A stretch of DNA of 52,152 nucleotides from Chiloscyllium plagiosum (GCF_004010195.1 NC_057718.1:94248209-94300360); one strand, 5' to 3'; counted from the stretch's first letter, positions 24,861 to 37,110 are shown. Numbers and translations: made by a program. The notes: generated by a model from the sequence alone, not told the origin.

Positions 24861-25664
24861 AATAAAACCTTCACATCTCACCAAAGTCTAACTTTCTCAA
24901 GGTTTTACACAGCAGGACAAGAGTGTAAAGGGACAAGATCCTCATCACTTCAGTGACTTTTAATTGATTGCAGACTGCAGAAAAATCAAAGGTGGTCTCC
25001 CACATGCCTCGACAAAGAATTGCTGACAGCAGCATCTGGATTTCTATGTTTAACAGACCACTTGAGGACTGCAGAAGTTGCCGTCAGTTTTAGAGTAAAT
25101 ACCGCTAAAATTTGCCATCATCACTGCCACATATTCAAGACCATTCTGATTGCTGTCATATTGCTGTTTAGTGAGTACTTTCTGTGCACATTTTGGAAGT
25201 GGCATTACTGATGTTACAACAGCAACTGCACATAGACAGTCCTTCTCTAGCTGTGAAACATTTAAGGGATTTGGAAAGGCACTGAATAACTGGAATTCTT
25301 TCTTGAGACCTTCCCTGGAATGATGCTGCAAAGGTTTTAAGTTAGATGAGGGCCTCCCAAATTACAGGTCAGGACTTCTGGACCCGAAACTTTAGAATCC
25401 CAAGCACCAAGGTAACAATGGCTGTTGGGCATCTCTGATCAATTTATAAACACTCTGCTCCTGCTCTAACAGGCCTCTGTACTAGTAAGGCCCTCCACTC
25501 TCTCTCCCAAACCCTGCCTCTATCTCTCACAGGCCTCATTAAGCAGCTCACAATATAATTTTTAATCCTCGAAATGGGAAAAGAGTTTGGAAAATGCTGT
25601 ATACGATTCTGTTTAAAGATTCTGGGCAATTATAATGAGATGGATTGTAGTAAATACAGAAAGG

Positions 25665-26110
25665 TTGAAGGAGCTAGGCCTTTTCTCATTGGAGCGAAGA
25701 AGGATGAGAGGTGACTTGATTGAGGTGTATACGATGTTGAGAGGCATGGATAAAGCGGATAGTCAGAGAATATTTTCCCATAGCAGAAATGGTTATCATG
25801 AGGGGGCATAATTTTAAGGTGATTGGACGAAGGTTTAGGGGAGATGTCAGAGGTGGATTCTTTACTCAGAGAGTGGTGGGTGTGTGGAATGCACTGCCAG
25901 CAGCGGTAGTAGAGTCTGATGCATTAGGGACACTTAAGCGACTCTTGGATAGACACATGGAAAATAGCACAATGAAGGGTATGTAGGTTAGTCTGATCTT
26001 AGAGTAGGATAAAAGGCTGGCACAACATTGAGGGCCGACTGACCTGTTGTTGAGCTGTACTGTTCCATGTTCTATGTTGTAAGTTGTATATTGTATGTTC
26101 TATGTTCTAA
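25665..26110 (+). mobile_element. CR1 LINE 3' fragment
   Basis: ORF 25789: [34 protein letters not shown]; same subfamily as 978-1497. Confidence 0.9.
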
Positions 26111-26317
26111 ATGCAGTGGGACAAGATATCACACAATGTCCAGTTCAACATGCTTACGGTCTGCAGATAGCTGCCATCTTCTGATGGCCCATTTTCTTAT
26201 ACTAATGACTTTGTTATTTCTGCCATCCTTTAGATTAATTCCTTTTCGGAACCGTGCCAAAATCAGACAGGTATTAAGAGGTTTTATCACTTCTGAAGCA
26301 TTCCTTAGAGAGTGCCA

Positions 26318-26580
26318 TAAGACTATAAGAAATAGGAACAGAAGAGGACCATTCAGCCCCTCGAGCCTGCTCTACCAAATAGGATCATGGCTGATCTGAC
26401 ATTCCTAATATCTACTTTTCTGGCCTGTCCCCATAACCCTTGATTCCCTGCTGATCAAGAACCAATCTCAGCTTTAAATATACACAAGGTCTCTGCCCCC
26501 ACAGCTCTCTGGGGCAAGCAATTCCAACAATTTACAAACCTTTGAGAAATGAAATTCCTCTTCATCTCAGTCTGAAATTG
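26318..26580 (-). mobile_element. CR1-group 3' end, older subfamily
   Basis: CATAAGAAATAGGAACAG...CCATTCAGCCCCTCGAGCCTGCT is the reverse complement of a CR1 tail. Confidence 0.7.
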
Positions 26581-26884
26581 CCATCTTTTTTTCAGGTCTG
26601 ACGTAAGTCTCTAAAAATTGTATACAAATCTGAACCGGACCCAATCAATAAACTGAGGCATGTACAAACTGGACCACTTAGGTCCTCTGAGGAATGGCTA
26701 GTAGGAAAAGGAACAAAAGCCAGTAATTGCTGGAAAACCTCAGCTAGTCTGCCAGCATTTGTGGAGAGAGAACCAGAGTTAATACCTCGAGTCCCGGGAG
26801 AAATTATAAATAGGAAGTGAATCAAGAATGGCATTCATGTAAAGTACTGTAATAAATGTGAACAGTTAGGAACCAAGTAGTGAC

Positions 26885-27539
26885 TGTGATGATGATGCTC
26901 CTTTAACAAGGTTATGCTGACCTTGGCTTTCTTTTCAGAGAGGTTGTAAAAGCAGCGATTCCGGAAAGTCTGACTTGGATGGATTTTAGAGCCAGTTTGA
27001 TTATAACTAACAGATACTGCTTCAGGCAAAAGGCTTTCAAGCTTTTTAAAAACACTTATACAATGAAAGGGCAGTGGCCAGTTCTCCCAGCTCAGCTATT
27101 CTCTGGTCTGGTATGGTTTCAGCAGTCTGGCTATTCACTGAAAGCAGTCAGGCAGTTTGAGGCTGCTGATCCAAGAAACAGCTACATGGTGTTCCATGCT
27201 GACCCCCTCTCCCTCTGACATCTCTCCTGTAAGACCCCATGTTTGATTTTACCTTTTGTGTTTATAGGGATTGTTGCAAGTATTTGGAACAGCATCATTA
27301 AGTTGGTACTGTCAGTTGGGTTTTCGAAGAGTTTACGTTATTAAGTATTGTATTCTCTTTTGTTTGTGTTTCATTCAGTAATTTTGTAAATAAATTCTGT
27401 TTTGTTTAAAACTAAGTAGTTGGGCTAGCTGCATCACTCCTCAAATATACACTGTGCACCTGCTTAAAGCAATTAGCAAAGTTAGGGTCTGGGCTACCTT
27501 CTTTAAATGTTTTGAGGGGGTCTGGCCTGGTCCATAACA
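26885..27539 (+). mobile_element. Solo LTR related to the Gmr1-like element, opposite orientation
   Basis: TGTGATG...GGTCTGGCCTGGTCCATAACA. Reverse complement of its 3' end (TGTTATGGACCAGGCCAGACC...CAAAACATT) matches the LTRs at 16717 and 21780. AATAAA at ~27389. Confidence 0.8.
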
Positions 27540-28294
27540 CATCATAGAAATAATGAACCATGCAGGAAGAGGGATGGGTGGGTAGTATAATGAGCTCCAG
27601 AGACTAATCAGTGAGCTAAGTGGTTTTATTAATAATTTACATTTATACCACTTGGTAAAGCAAAAGTTGTTTTTTTTTTAAAGACAAATGAGAAGACCTG
27701 TCAAAAACTAAACTTGGATTAATTATCACATTGAAGTATAAGGTTGCCCCCATAAAGATCAAGCTGGAAGTCGGCAATAAAATCAGCAACTGTTGAATTT
27801 TGGTAAAACAGCCCTGTCAGTCCCTGCAATGAGCCCTCAGGGCCTTCAAACCTGGTGTGCAAGCCATGGTCAGTCACATGGGCTAAGGAAGAGATGTGAC
27901 CTTCTAAAGGTAAGTGTTGAAGAATCTACGAAGATACCGAAACCTGAAAAAAAAGTAGGCCGCTGCTGTTGCTATCTCTAGACCCCATCCCTCCTCAGCA
28001 AGCTGCCTTAGCAATGCAAGACTGATCCTGAGACTGTCCATGACACCCTCGTGTCTCACCTGGCAGGCTCAAATGAGGCTGGTTGATCAAAGTGCTTGGA
28101 GTCTCCTCAACTCAAAAGTCAACGTCTTCCTCTTGTGATCTGCAAGGCTGTTGCTCACATGAGTGGTGCTGACACGAAATGGGATGAAATGAGGATGTCC
28201 AGTTGGCCACATTAAGTGTGCCCTTTCTCTAAAGTTACTCTCCCATCTCCTGTATCTTTTGTACTAATTTCATCACCTGAGGCAAAGTTCTAAC

Positions 28295-28725
28295 TTAGAA
28301 ACATAGAAGATAGAAATAGGCATTTTGACCCCTCAAGCCTGATATGCCATTCAACAGGATCATTGAACTCAATACCCTAATCCCACCCTCCCTCCCATAT
28401 CCCTTGATCTCCATAGCTGCAAGAGCTATATCTACCACCTTCTTGAAAACACACAATGTTTTGACCTCAGCACTTGTTATGGTAGTTAATTCCACAGGCT
28501 CACCACTCTCTGGGTGAAGAAAGTTTTCACCATTTCAGTCATAAAAAGTTTACTCGTTATCCTTAAACTATAATCTGGACTCCCCCACCATCGAGAACAT
28601 CCTTTCTGCATCTGATCTTTCTAGTCTTGTTAGAATTTTATAGGTTTTTATGAGATCCCTGTCAATCTTTTAAACACCAGTGAATACAATCCAAACTGAC
28701 TCAATCTCTCCTCATACATCAGTCT
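28295..28725 (-). mobile_element. CR1-group 3' fragment
   Basis: Reverse complement contains ACCTATAAAATTCTAACAAGACTAG and CTTCACCCAGAGAGTGGTGAGCCTGTGGAATT. Confidence 0.8.
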
Positions 28726-29414
28726 GTTAAATACGTCTGATCCCCAAAGATTAGTGAGCAAATTTCCACCATGTTTGGCAAATCTTACCATTGTCTACAT
28801 TGGTAGTTGAACCCTAAGAGTTCATGAGAGTTTTTTTTAAATCTGTTACTTTAATTCAGCCTTGGTCTGAGCTGAGTTCAAAAGACTAACAAGCATCTGA
28901 GAAAATAAGTTCCTCTTCATCTCAGTCTTCAACTTTATTCTGACCCTGTCATAAGTCTTTAAAAATTATATATAAACCAACAAATCCAGCGAGTCACTTA
29001 AGGCATATACAAAATGGGCCACTTTAAATCCACTGAGGAATAGCTGGTAGGAAAAGGACCAAAAGCCCCTAATTGCTGGAGAAACACAACAGGTCTGGGA
29101 GCATCTTTGGAGAGAGAAAACCAGAGTTATTGTTTTGAGTCTGTTATGATCCTTTTTAAGAAACGTTAACTCTGTTTCTCTCTCTGTCTTGAGTCTAGGG
29201 AGGAATTATAAATAGAAAGTGATTTAAGAGTTGCATTCTCATCTTTGAAAAGTGATGTAAGAAATGCAAACAATTAAATCTAACCATCTAAATTATAAAG
29301 GTGCGCATTAAAGTAGCAGATGTGGAATGCACTAAATGTTCCTCCATTTTTATTTCAGCTTGCCCATGTGATATCTGGTCATAGTGATGCTGATTAATCA
29401 GCTTTGCTTTTGGA

Positions 29415-29710
29415 GGTTATAGTGGCTGTTAGACTGGTCTGTCCCAAGTCCATGGGGAGCATGGGTTCAAATCCTGCCAAAGCAGCTGGTGATGTTGAAA
29501 TTCATTTTATCAAAATACAGAATCCAATATGTCTCAGGCTATCACTGATTAGGGTAAAAGCACATCTGGTTTACTAATTCCATTTTGTGTTCTTGTCTGC
29601 ATGTGACTCCAGACCAGCAAGATGTGGTTGACTCTTACACAGCTCCCAAAAGCAGTTAGGGACAGGTAGGCTTTGCCAATGATGACAACATCGCATGAAA
29701 GAATAGAAAA
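29415..29710 (+). mobile_element. Second-family tRNA-headed SINE
   Basis: ATAGTGG...GGGTTCAAATCC head; CATCTGGTTTACTAAT; TGACTCCAGACCAGCAAGATGTGGTTGACTCTT; tail ending CATGAAAGAAT. Confidence 0.6.
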
Positions 29711-30219
29711 AGAAAAACAAATTGGCAGGTGGTTTTATAGCCCTTCCTGATGCCAGTCCTTTTCATTGGTTTGGTCTGGGAAAGCAGCTCCTGGACTGCA
29801 CCAGTGGCTGGGATCTTCTGGAGTAAACAGGGACATGAATCCAACTGGTCCTGGCTCAGAAACCGGACAGCAACCAACCAAACCCTTCACGCTCCCCAAT
29901 CTCTACATGTTTACCCACTAATGCTGGCAACAGTGAGTGCTCAGGTTTTATTAAATCATATCCGCTGGAGGGAACGAGTCATGGGATTAATGCTGCCAAG
30001 GCATGAGGTAAAGCATTAACTGAGATTTTATTTGGAAACTAAATCCATCACAAAGACTGTCAATTGTGTCTATGAACTGAATTCATGCAGATTGTTTGCA
30101 AATCAAGGTGCTCTGTATACTTATGAAATATAAACAGTAAGTGGTGAAAATTCCCAGCAGGTGAGGCAGTACCTGGAGAGGGAGGAGGTGGGGGTAAAGA
30201 GAGGGAGACATTCCTGAAC

Positions 30220-30530
30220 CTTTTCTATCTCCCTCCTTTCCTTATCTTCCTCTTTGTATTCATTTTACTTCCTTCTTTTCACCTTTCCTTCTAACTTACC
30301 TTTCTTTTTTTCCTTTTTTCCTGCTTTTTTCTTCTTTCTTTCTATCTTTCCTCCATTCTTTTTCCTTCCTTCCATCTTTCTTACCATCGTGCCTCTTTTT
30401 ACTTCTTTCCTATTTTCTTCCCATATTTCATTCCATTTTTCCTCTTTTCCCTTCTTTTATTCCTACTTTCTATCTTTCCCTTCATCTTTCCTTTTCTTCC
30501 TTCGTTCTTGCCTTCTTTCACTTCTTCTAC
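30220..30530. repeat. Pyrimidine-rich (CT/TTCC) low-complexity tract
   Basis: About 310 bp of mostly C/T on the + strand. Confidence 0.95.
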
Positions 30531-31073
30531 CCAAGAAGTAAACCAATCCAATACACATTGTTTTGTATTTAAATAAGTGCTCTCCAACTTCACATGTTTT
30601 GGATGGCAATTAACCAAATGGCTCTCCAGTGAGGGTTGTGGTCATTTAAATCCATATGGCTTAATAAACCTTAAATAACTGTTCAAACCATCAGCAGTCA
30701 CAATAAAGAATCTGGCATTAACACATCGGATTTATTCAGAGTTTTACAATAGGATTTAACTCTTTGCCCAAACAGGCTACGCTACGAGCAGAAATATGCT
30801 CCACCTCAAAACTCTCTCCTCCGCAATCTTTAAAGGAGAAAAAAAGATAAAAGGAAAGTGGTGTGACTGTTAGCAAAAAGTGCTAATGGATTTTTCAAAT
30901 GTGTGCAAAACTGCTCAGAGCTTTATCTCCCCTGAAAATTAGGTTCAGAAATTTTGAAGCAACTTCGACTTTGAGAGTTCGAAAAAGACAGCAGAGTGGA
31001 AACTAAAAGAAAAGTCCTGCATCTCCCTCCCAAATTGCACTTACAGTGAATTTGCACTCTCCCCCAAGGACCA

Positions 31074-31572
31074 GAGTCATTGAGTCATACAGCGCAGAAA
31101 TTAACCCTACGGTCTGACCAATCCATGCTGAACATAATCCCAAACTAAATTAATCCCTCCTGCCTGCGCTTGACCTACATCCCTCCAAACCTTTCCTATT
31201 TATGAACTTATCCAAATGTCTTTTAAATGTTGTAATGGTACCAGCATCCATCACTTCCTCTGCAAGTTCATTCCATACATGAATTATTCTCTGTGTAAAA
31301 AAGTTGTCCCTCATGCCCTTTTTAAATCTTTCTCCTCTCACCTTAGAAATATGCCAGTTAGTTTTGAAATCTCCCACCTTAGGGCAAAGAGCCTGTCATT
31401 CACCTTTTCTAAGCCCCTCATGATTATATAAACTTCAATAAGGTCACTCCTCAAACTCCCAGTCTATTTTTATATCCCAGATTATCCATTCCTGGCAAAT
31501 TCATGCTAAATCTTTACTTATCCATCTCCAGTTTAATAATATCCTTCCTCCTAATGGGGTGACCAGAACTAG
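31074..31572 (-). mobile_element. CR1 LINE 3' fragment
   Basis: ORF 31150..31377: RGERFKKGMRDNFFTQRIIHVWNELAEEV. Confidence 0.88.
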
Positions 31573-31809
31573 TTCAAGAAGGCAGCTCACCACATCTTTG
31601 CAAGGGCATTAGGGATGGCAACAGAAACTGGCCAAGCCAGAATCCCAGCAATGAATAAACAAAGGTTCAGTGAGGGCTGGAAACATCTCTCTTGTTTAAA
31701 ATAGGCCCAGGTTAGGTGAACACTGGGCTTCGTTGGTGAGGGCGAACAATAACAAGAAATGAGTAAAGTAAGACCTTTTTTCTCCCTAAGTCTGCTCATT
31801 ATTAAAGGG

Positions 31810-32012
31810 GTAGTGATGTCAGTTGGTGGAGTGAGATTCTCCTCCTCTCAGATGTGGGAGATCAGGGAGCAGTTAAGTGCCTGCAGGAAGTGTTGGATTA
31901 GTTGGAGCTGCAGTTGGAAGCACTGAAGAGAATCAGGAGGCAAAGAGTGTGATAGATAGCAGCTTCCATGTGATGGCCACACTAAGGTCCAGTCAAATAG
32001 ATGGGTGACCAT
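31810..32012 (+). mobile_element. CR1 ORF1 N-terminal (zinc finger/leucine zipper) remnant
   Basis: Broken frames read SSSQMWEIRE...CRKC...LELQLEALKRIRE, resembling the N-terminus of vertebrate CR1 ORF1. Confidence 0.55.
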
Positions 32013-32174
32013 GGAAGAAGCATCACTCCTGTTTTTAATTTCTGGAAATAACCAGCGTTCTATAGCTGGACAGCGTCTTATCCAAGAGTGAAGATTTAGT
32101 CCTTGTGTTTGTGAGTTTAAGGAAGGAGAAGAGTATTAACTCAGTGATGGGCTCAACAAATACCACAGACGAGA

Positions 32175-32375
32175 GAAAGTGAGGACTGCAGATGCTGGAG
32201 ATCAGAATCAAGCACTGAGGTGCTGGAGAAGCACAGCAGGTCAGGCAGCATCCAAGGAGCAGGAGAGTTGATGCTTTGGGCATAAGCCCTTCATCAGGAA
32301 TGTGATGAAGAGCTTATGTCTGAAACATTCACTCTCCTACTCCTCTGACGTTGCCTGATCTGCTGTGCTTTTCCA
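32175..32375. mobile_element. Inverted pair of Penelope-like terminal fragments (palindrome) with two degenerate hammerhead motifs
   Basis: Arms 32224-32296 and 32303-32375 are imperfect reverse complements around GGAATG. Same family as 11279-11405. Confidence 0.7.
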
Positions 32376-32589
32376 CACTTTCCAAATACTGCAGAGGAAC
32401 AGGATAAAAAGTAAAAGTGGAAGGGCTGTGGGCAAACGTGGTACTGGAAGGCCTGTTCACTAGTGCACCAAAATAGGATTGGCCATTTTGGCATTGGCAC
32501 TAATGCCAGGAAAATCAGATTTAAAAAATTAGATCTCTAGGTTTATGATTTGGGATTCTTTTAACTGCCTTCATCCATCTCTCATGGAA

Positions 32590-33035
32590 TAGAATTCATA
32601 GAAGCCTTGTAGTGCATAAAGAGGCCATTCAGCCCATTGAGTCTGCACCAACCCTCTGATGGGCATCCCACCTAAACCCAGCCCCCCATCCTATCCATGT
32701 AACCCCATGTTTCCCTTGGCCAATCCACTTAACCTACACATCTTTGGGCTATGGGAGGAAACCCGAAGACTGTGCAAACTGCACACTGACAGTTGCCCCT
32801 GGCTGGAACCCAGCCCCCCATCCTATCCATGTAACCCCATGTTTCCCTTGGCCAATCCACTTAACCTACACATCTTTGGGCTATGGGAGGAAACCGGAGC
32901 ACCCAGAGGAATCCAACACCAAAACCCGAAGACTGTGCAAACTGCACACTGACAGTTGCCCCTGGCTGGAATCAAACCCAGGTCCCTGGTCCCTTGCGGC
33001 AGCAGTGCTAACCACTGAGCCACCGTGCTGCTCCC
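32590..33035 (-). mobile_element. HE1-type V-SINE with internal ~130-bp duplication
   Basis: Reverse complement begins GGGAGCAGCACGGTGGCTCAGTGGTTAGCACTGCTGCC. Segment 32675-32806 repeats from 32807. Confidence 0.88.
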
Positions 33036-33344
33036 GCAAAAGACTTTGACAAAACAACACTAGGAACAATGGCATAGTTCCAGTTCAGGATGGTGTGTAA
33101 CTGGGAGGGGGATTTGCGATATTCTACACTCATCTGAGGCAGGAGGTGCTTTCTGAACAGTGTAACTGAGTGCTGCTGTATGGGGCAAGAGCAATACTCT
33201 AACCATTGCTCTCCCTAGCATTACTTCTTTGAAATATTGAACTATAAGCATTTCACATATTTTAAAGTGTAGAAAAGCATACAAGAAAATCTTGGTTTAT
33301 TAAAAATGGAACTAATATTTGTTCAACACTTTATTATATTCTGT

Positions 33345-33666
33345 GGGGTGGCACGGTGGCTCAGTGGTTAGCACTGCTATCTCACAGCACCAGGAACCTG
33401 GGTTCAATTCCCACCTTGGGCAACTGTCTGTGTGGATTTGCACATTCTCCCTGTGTCTGTGTGAGTTCCCTCTGTGTGCTCCAGTTTCCTCCCACAATTG
33501 AAAGATGTGCTGGTTAGGTGAATTGGCCATGCTAAATTTCCCATTGTGTTAGGCACATTAGTCAGGGGTAGAGGGATGGGTCTGGGTAGGTTACTCTTCA
33601 GAGGCTCAGTGTGCACTTGTTGGGCCGAAGGGCCTGTTTCCATACTGTAGGGATTCTAATCTAATT
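33345..33666 (+). mobile_element. HE1-type V-SINE
   Basis: GGCACGGTGGCTCAGTGGTTAGCACTGC, B-box GGTTCAATTCC, tail TTGGGCCGAAGGGCCTGTTTCC. Confidence 0.92.
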
Positions 33667-35061
33667 CTCGGAGGAGCTGCACAACCAATCAATGGTAATG
33701 GTAGGGGATTTTAACTTTCCAAACATAGATTGGGACTCTCATGGTGTTAAGGGATTGGATGGGGAAAGAGCTTATTCAGTGTGTACAAGAACATTTTCTT
33801 ATTCAATATGTGGATGTAGCTACTAGAGAAGGAGCAATATTTGACCTTCTGTTAGGATATAAGGCACAGCAAGGGGCTGAGGTGCCAGTGGGGGAGCACA
33901 TTGGGACCAGTGATCATAATTCTATTAGTATGAAAATAGTTATGGCAAAGGATAGAACTGATCAAAAAGTTCTAAATTGAAGTAAGGCCAATTTTGAAGT
34001 TGATTGTGGGTGGCATGGTGGCATAGTGGTTAGCACTGCTGCCTCACAGCGCCAGAGACCCCGGTTCAATTCCCGCCTCAGGCGACCGACTGTTTCGACT
34101 TTGCACATTCTTCCCGTGTCTGCGTGGGTTTCCTTCGGGTGTTCCGGTTTCCTCCCACAGTCCAAAAATGTGCAGGTCAGGTGAATTGGCCATGCTAAAT
34201 TGCCTGTAGTGTTAGGCGAAGGGGTAAATGTAGGGGAATGGGTCTGGGTGGGTTGAGCTTCGGCGGGTTGGTGTGGACTTGTTGGGCCGAAGGGCCTGTT
34301 TCCACACTGTAAGTAATCTAAAAAAAATGGGTAGAGGGATGGGTCTGGGTAGGTTACTCTTCAGAGGCTCAGTGTGGACTTGTTGGGCCGAAGGGCCTGT
34401 TTCCATACTGTAGGGATTCTAATCTAATTCTTGGAGGAGCTGCACAACCAATCAATGGTAATGGTAAGGGATTTTAATTTTCCAAACATAGATTGGGACT
34501 CTCATGGTGTTTCGGGATTGGATGGGGAAAGAGCTTATTCAGTGTGTACAAGAACATTTTCTTATTCAATATGTGGATGTAGCTACTAGAGAAGGAGCAA
34601 TATTTGACCTTCTGTTAGGATATAAGGCACGGCAAGGGGCTGAGGTGCCAGTGGGGGAGCACATTGGGACCAGTAATCATAATTCTATTAGTATGAAAAT
34701 AGTTATGGAAAAGGATAGAACTGATCAAAAAGTTCTAAATTGAAGTAAGGCCAATTTTGAAGTTGATTGTGGGCGGCATGGTGGCATAGTGGTTAGCACT
34801 GCTGCCTCACAGCGCCAGAGACCCGGGTTCAATTCCCGCCTCAGGCGACCGACTGTGTGGACTTTGCACATTCTTCCCGTGTCTGCGTGGGTTTCCTTCG
34901 GGTGCTCCAGTTTCCTCCCACAGTCCAAAAATGTGCAGGTCAGGTGAATTGGCCACGCTAAATTGCCTGTAGTGTTAGGCGAAGGGGTAAATGTAGGGGA
35001 ATGGGTCTGGGTGGGTTGCGCTTCGGCGGGTCGGTGTGGACTTGTTGGGCCGAAGGGCCTG
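33566..35061. repeat. 763-bp-period tandem duplication (SINE tail + CR1 endonuclease piece + HE1 SINE)
   Basis: 33566 repeats at 34329. ORFs 33741/34504 and 33962/34725 are offset by exactly 763, with scattered substitutions. Confidence 0.95.
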
Positions 35062-37110
35062 GTTGGGAAATGGGAGGCCTTTAAGAATGAGAAAATGAGA
35101 GTTCAAAGCCAGTTCCTGTTGGTGTGAAGGGCCAGGCTAGTAGATGTGGGGAATGCTGGATGACTACCGAAGTTGAAGCTCTGGTCAAGAAAAAGGAGGC
35201 ATTTATTAGGTGTAGACAGGTGGGTGAGTGAATCCCGAGAAGAGTATTAGCAAATAGGGGTATACTCAAGGGGGAAAATCAGGAGGGCTAAAAGGGACAT
35301 GAGGTAGCTTTGGCAAATACAGTTAAGAAGAATCCAAATTGATTCTATAAATACATTAAGGGCAAAAGAGTAATTGGGGAGAGGATATGTGGAACCACAG
35401 GAGATGGCTGAGATATTAAACAAATACTTTGCATCTATATTTACTGTGGAGAAGGACATGGAAGCTCGGAAACTTGGAAAAATAAATAATGATGCCTTCA
35501 AAGCAATTCATGTTACAGAAGAGGGGGTGCTGGAGACCTAAAAACACATAAACGTCGATAAATCCCCAAGACCTGACCAGGTGTTTCCCGGAACTTTGTG
35601 GGAAGCTAGGGAAATGATTGCTGGGCCCTTTGCTGAGATATTTGTGTCATCAACAGCCACGAGTGAGGTGTTGGAAGACTGGAGATTGGCTAATGTGACA
35701 CCATTACTTATGAAAGACTGTAAGGAAAAGCCAGGGAAATATAGACTGTTGAGACTTATGGCAGTGGTGGGTGGGTTGTTGAGAGGATTTTGAGGGGCAG
35801 GATTTGCATGCATTTGGAAAGGCAAAAAATGATTAGGGATAATCATCATGGTTTTGTGCGTGGGAACTCGTGTCTCACTAACTTGATTGAGTTTTTCAAA
35901 GAGTTGACCAAGACCAAGTTGATGAAAGCAGAGTGGTAAATGTTGCCTATATGGACTTCAGCAAAGCGTAAAACAAGATTCTGCATAATAGACTGGTTAG
36001 TAAGGTTAGATCACATGGGATCTGGGGAAATGAACTAATTGGATACAAAATCAGCTTGAAGGTAGGAGATGGAGAATGTTAGTGGTGGGTGGTTTTTCAG
36101 ACTGGAGGCTGCGACCTGCGGTGTGCCACAAGGATCAGTGCTGGGTCTACTGCCTTTCGTCATTTATATAAATGATTTGGATGTGAGTATAGGAGGTATG
36201 GTTAGTGAGCTTTCAGATGACACCAAAATTGATTGTGTGGTGGACAGTGAAGAAATTTATCACAGAGAACAATGGGCCCTCGATTAAGATGAGCCAGTGG
36301 ACTGTGGAGTAGCAGATGGAGTTTAATTTAGATAGATGTGAGGTGCTGTATTTTGGTCAGGCAAACCAGGGCAGGAGACATACAGTTAATGGTAAGGCCT
36401 GGGGAGTGTTACCAGACATAGACCTAAGGTGGACGTGTTTCACTCCTTGAAAATGGAGTTGCAGATAAACAGGGTGGTGAAGAAGGCGTTTGGCATGTTT
36501 GCCTTCACTGGTCGTAACATTGAATAGACGAGTTAGGAGGTCTATTTTGAGACTATATAGAACATTAGTGAGGCCACTGTTGGAATACTGTGAACAATTC
36601 TGCTCACCCTTCTGTAGTAAAGATGTTGCTAAACTTGAGAGGGTACAGAAAAGATTTACAAGGATATTGCTGGAACTGGAGGGTTTGAGCTATAAGGAGA
36701 GGCTAAGTAGGCTGGGGCTTTTTAATCCTCCAGTGTCAGAGGCTGAGGGGTGACCCTATAGAGGTTTAAAAGTCATGGAGAAATGGATAGGGTAAATAGC
36801 CTGGGTCTTTTTCCTCGGGTGAGGAGTCCAAAATTAGAAGGCAAAGGTTTAAAGTGAGATACAAAAAGGACCTGAGGGATAACTTTCTCACGCAGAGGGT
36901 GGTGCGTGTATGGAATGAGCTGTCAGAGGAAGTGGTGGAGGCTGGTACAATTACAACATTTAAAAGGCATCTGGATAGGTATATGAATAGGAAGGGTTTA
37001 GAGGGATACAGGCTTAATGCTGGCTAATGGGACTAGGTCAGATTGGGATAGCATGGACAAGTTGGACCAAAGGATCTGTTTCCATGCTATAAGACTCAAT
37101 GATGTTTTGA
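33670..37110 (+). mobile_element. Long decayed CR1 ORF2 (endonuclease, RT, 3' end), interrupted by SINEs and the duplication
   Basis: VGDFNFPNIDW, TREGAIFDLLL, SDHN; EDWRLANVTPL; GVPQGSVLG...YINDLD...SDDTKI; LVRPLLEYC...LERVQKRFTR; 3' tail at ~37060-37110. Confidence 0.92.
34008..34327 (+). mobile_element. HE1-type V-SINE (duplicated, truncated copy at 34771-35061)
   Basis: Full tRNA head, V core and CR1-like tail ending GTAAGTAATCTA. Confidence 0.92.

Noticed and set aside
25050..25331. 93-aa minus-strand ORF near an acceptor-like CTAAC...TTTGCAG
   Set aside because: No recognisable protein similarity and no partner exons, so it is insufficient to call an exon.
30254..30541. Phe/Ser-rich membrane-like ORF
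   Set aside because: It is the translation of the CT low-complexity tract.
33345..33420. tRNA gene call for the HE1 heads
   Set aside because: A and B boxes are present, but they run into the SINE core and CR1-like tail. These are SINE heads, not tRNA genes.
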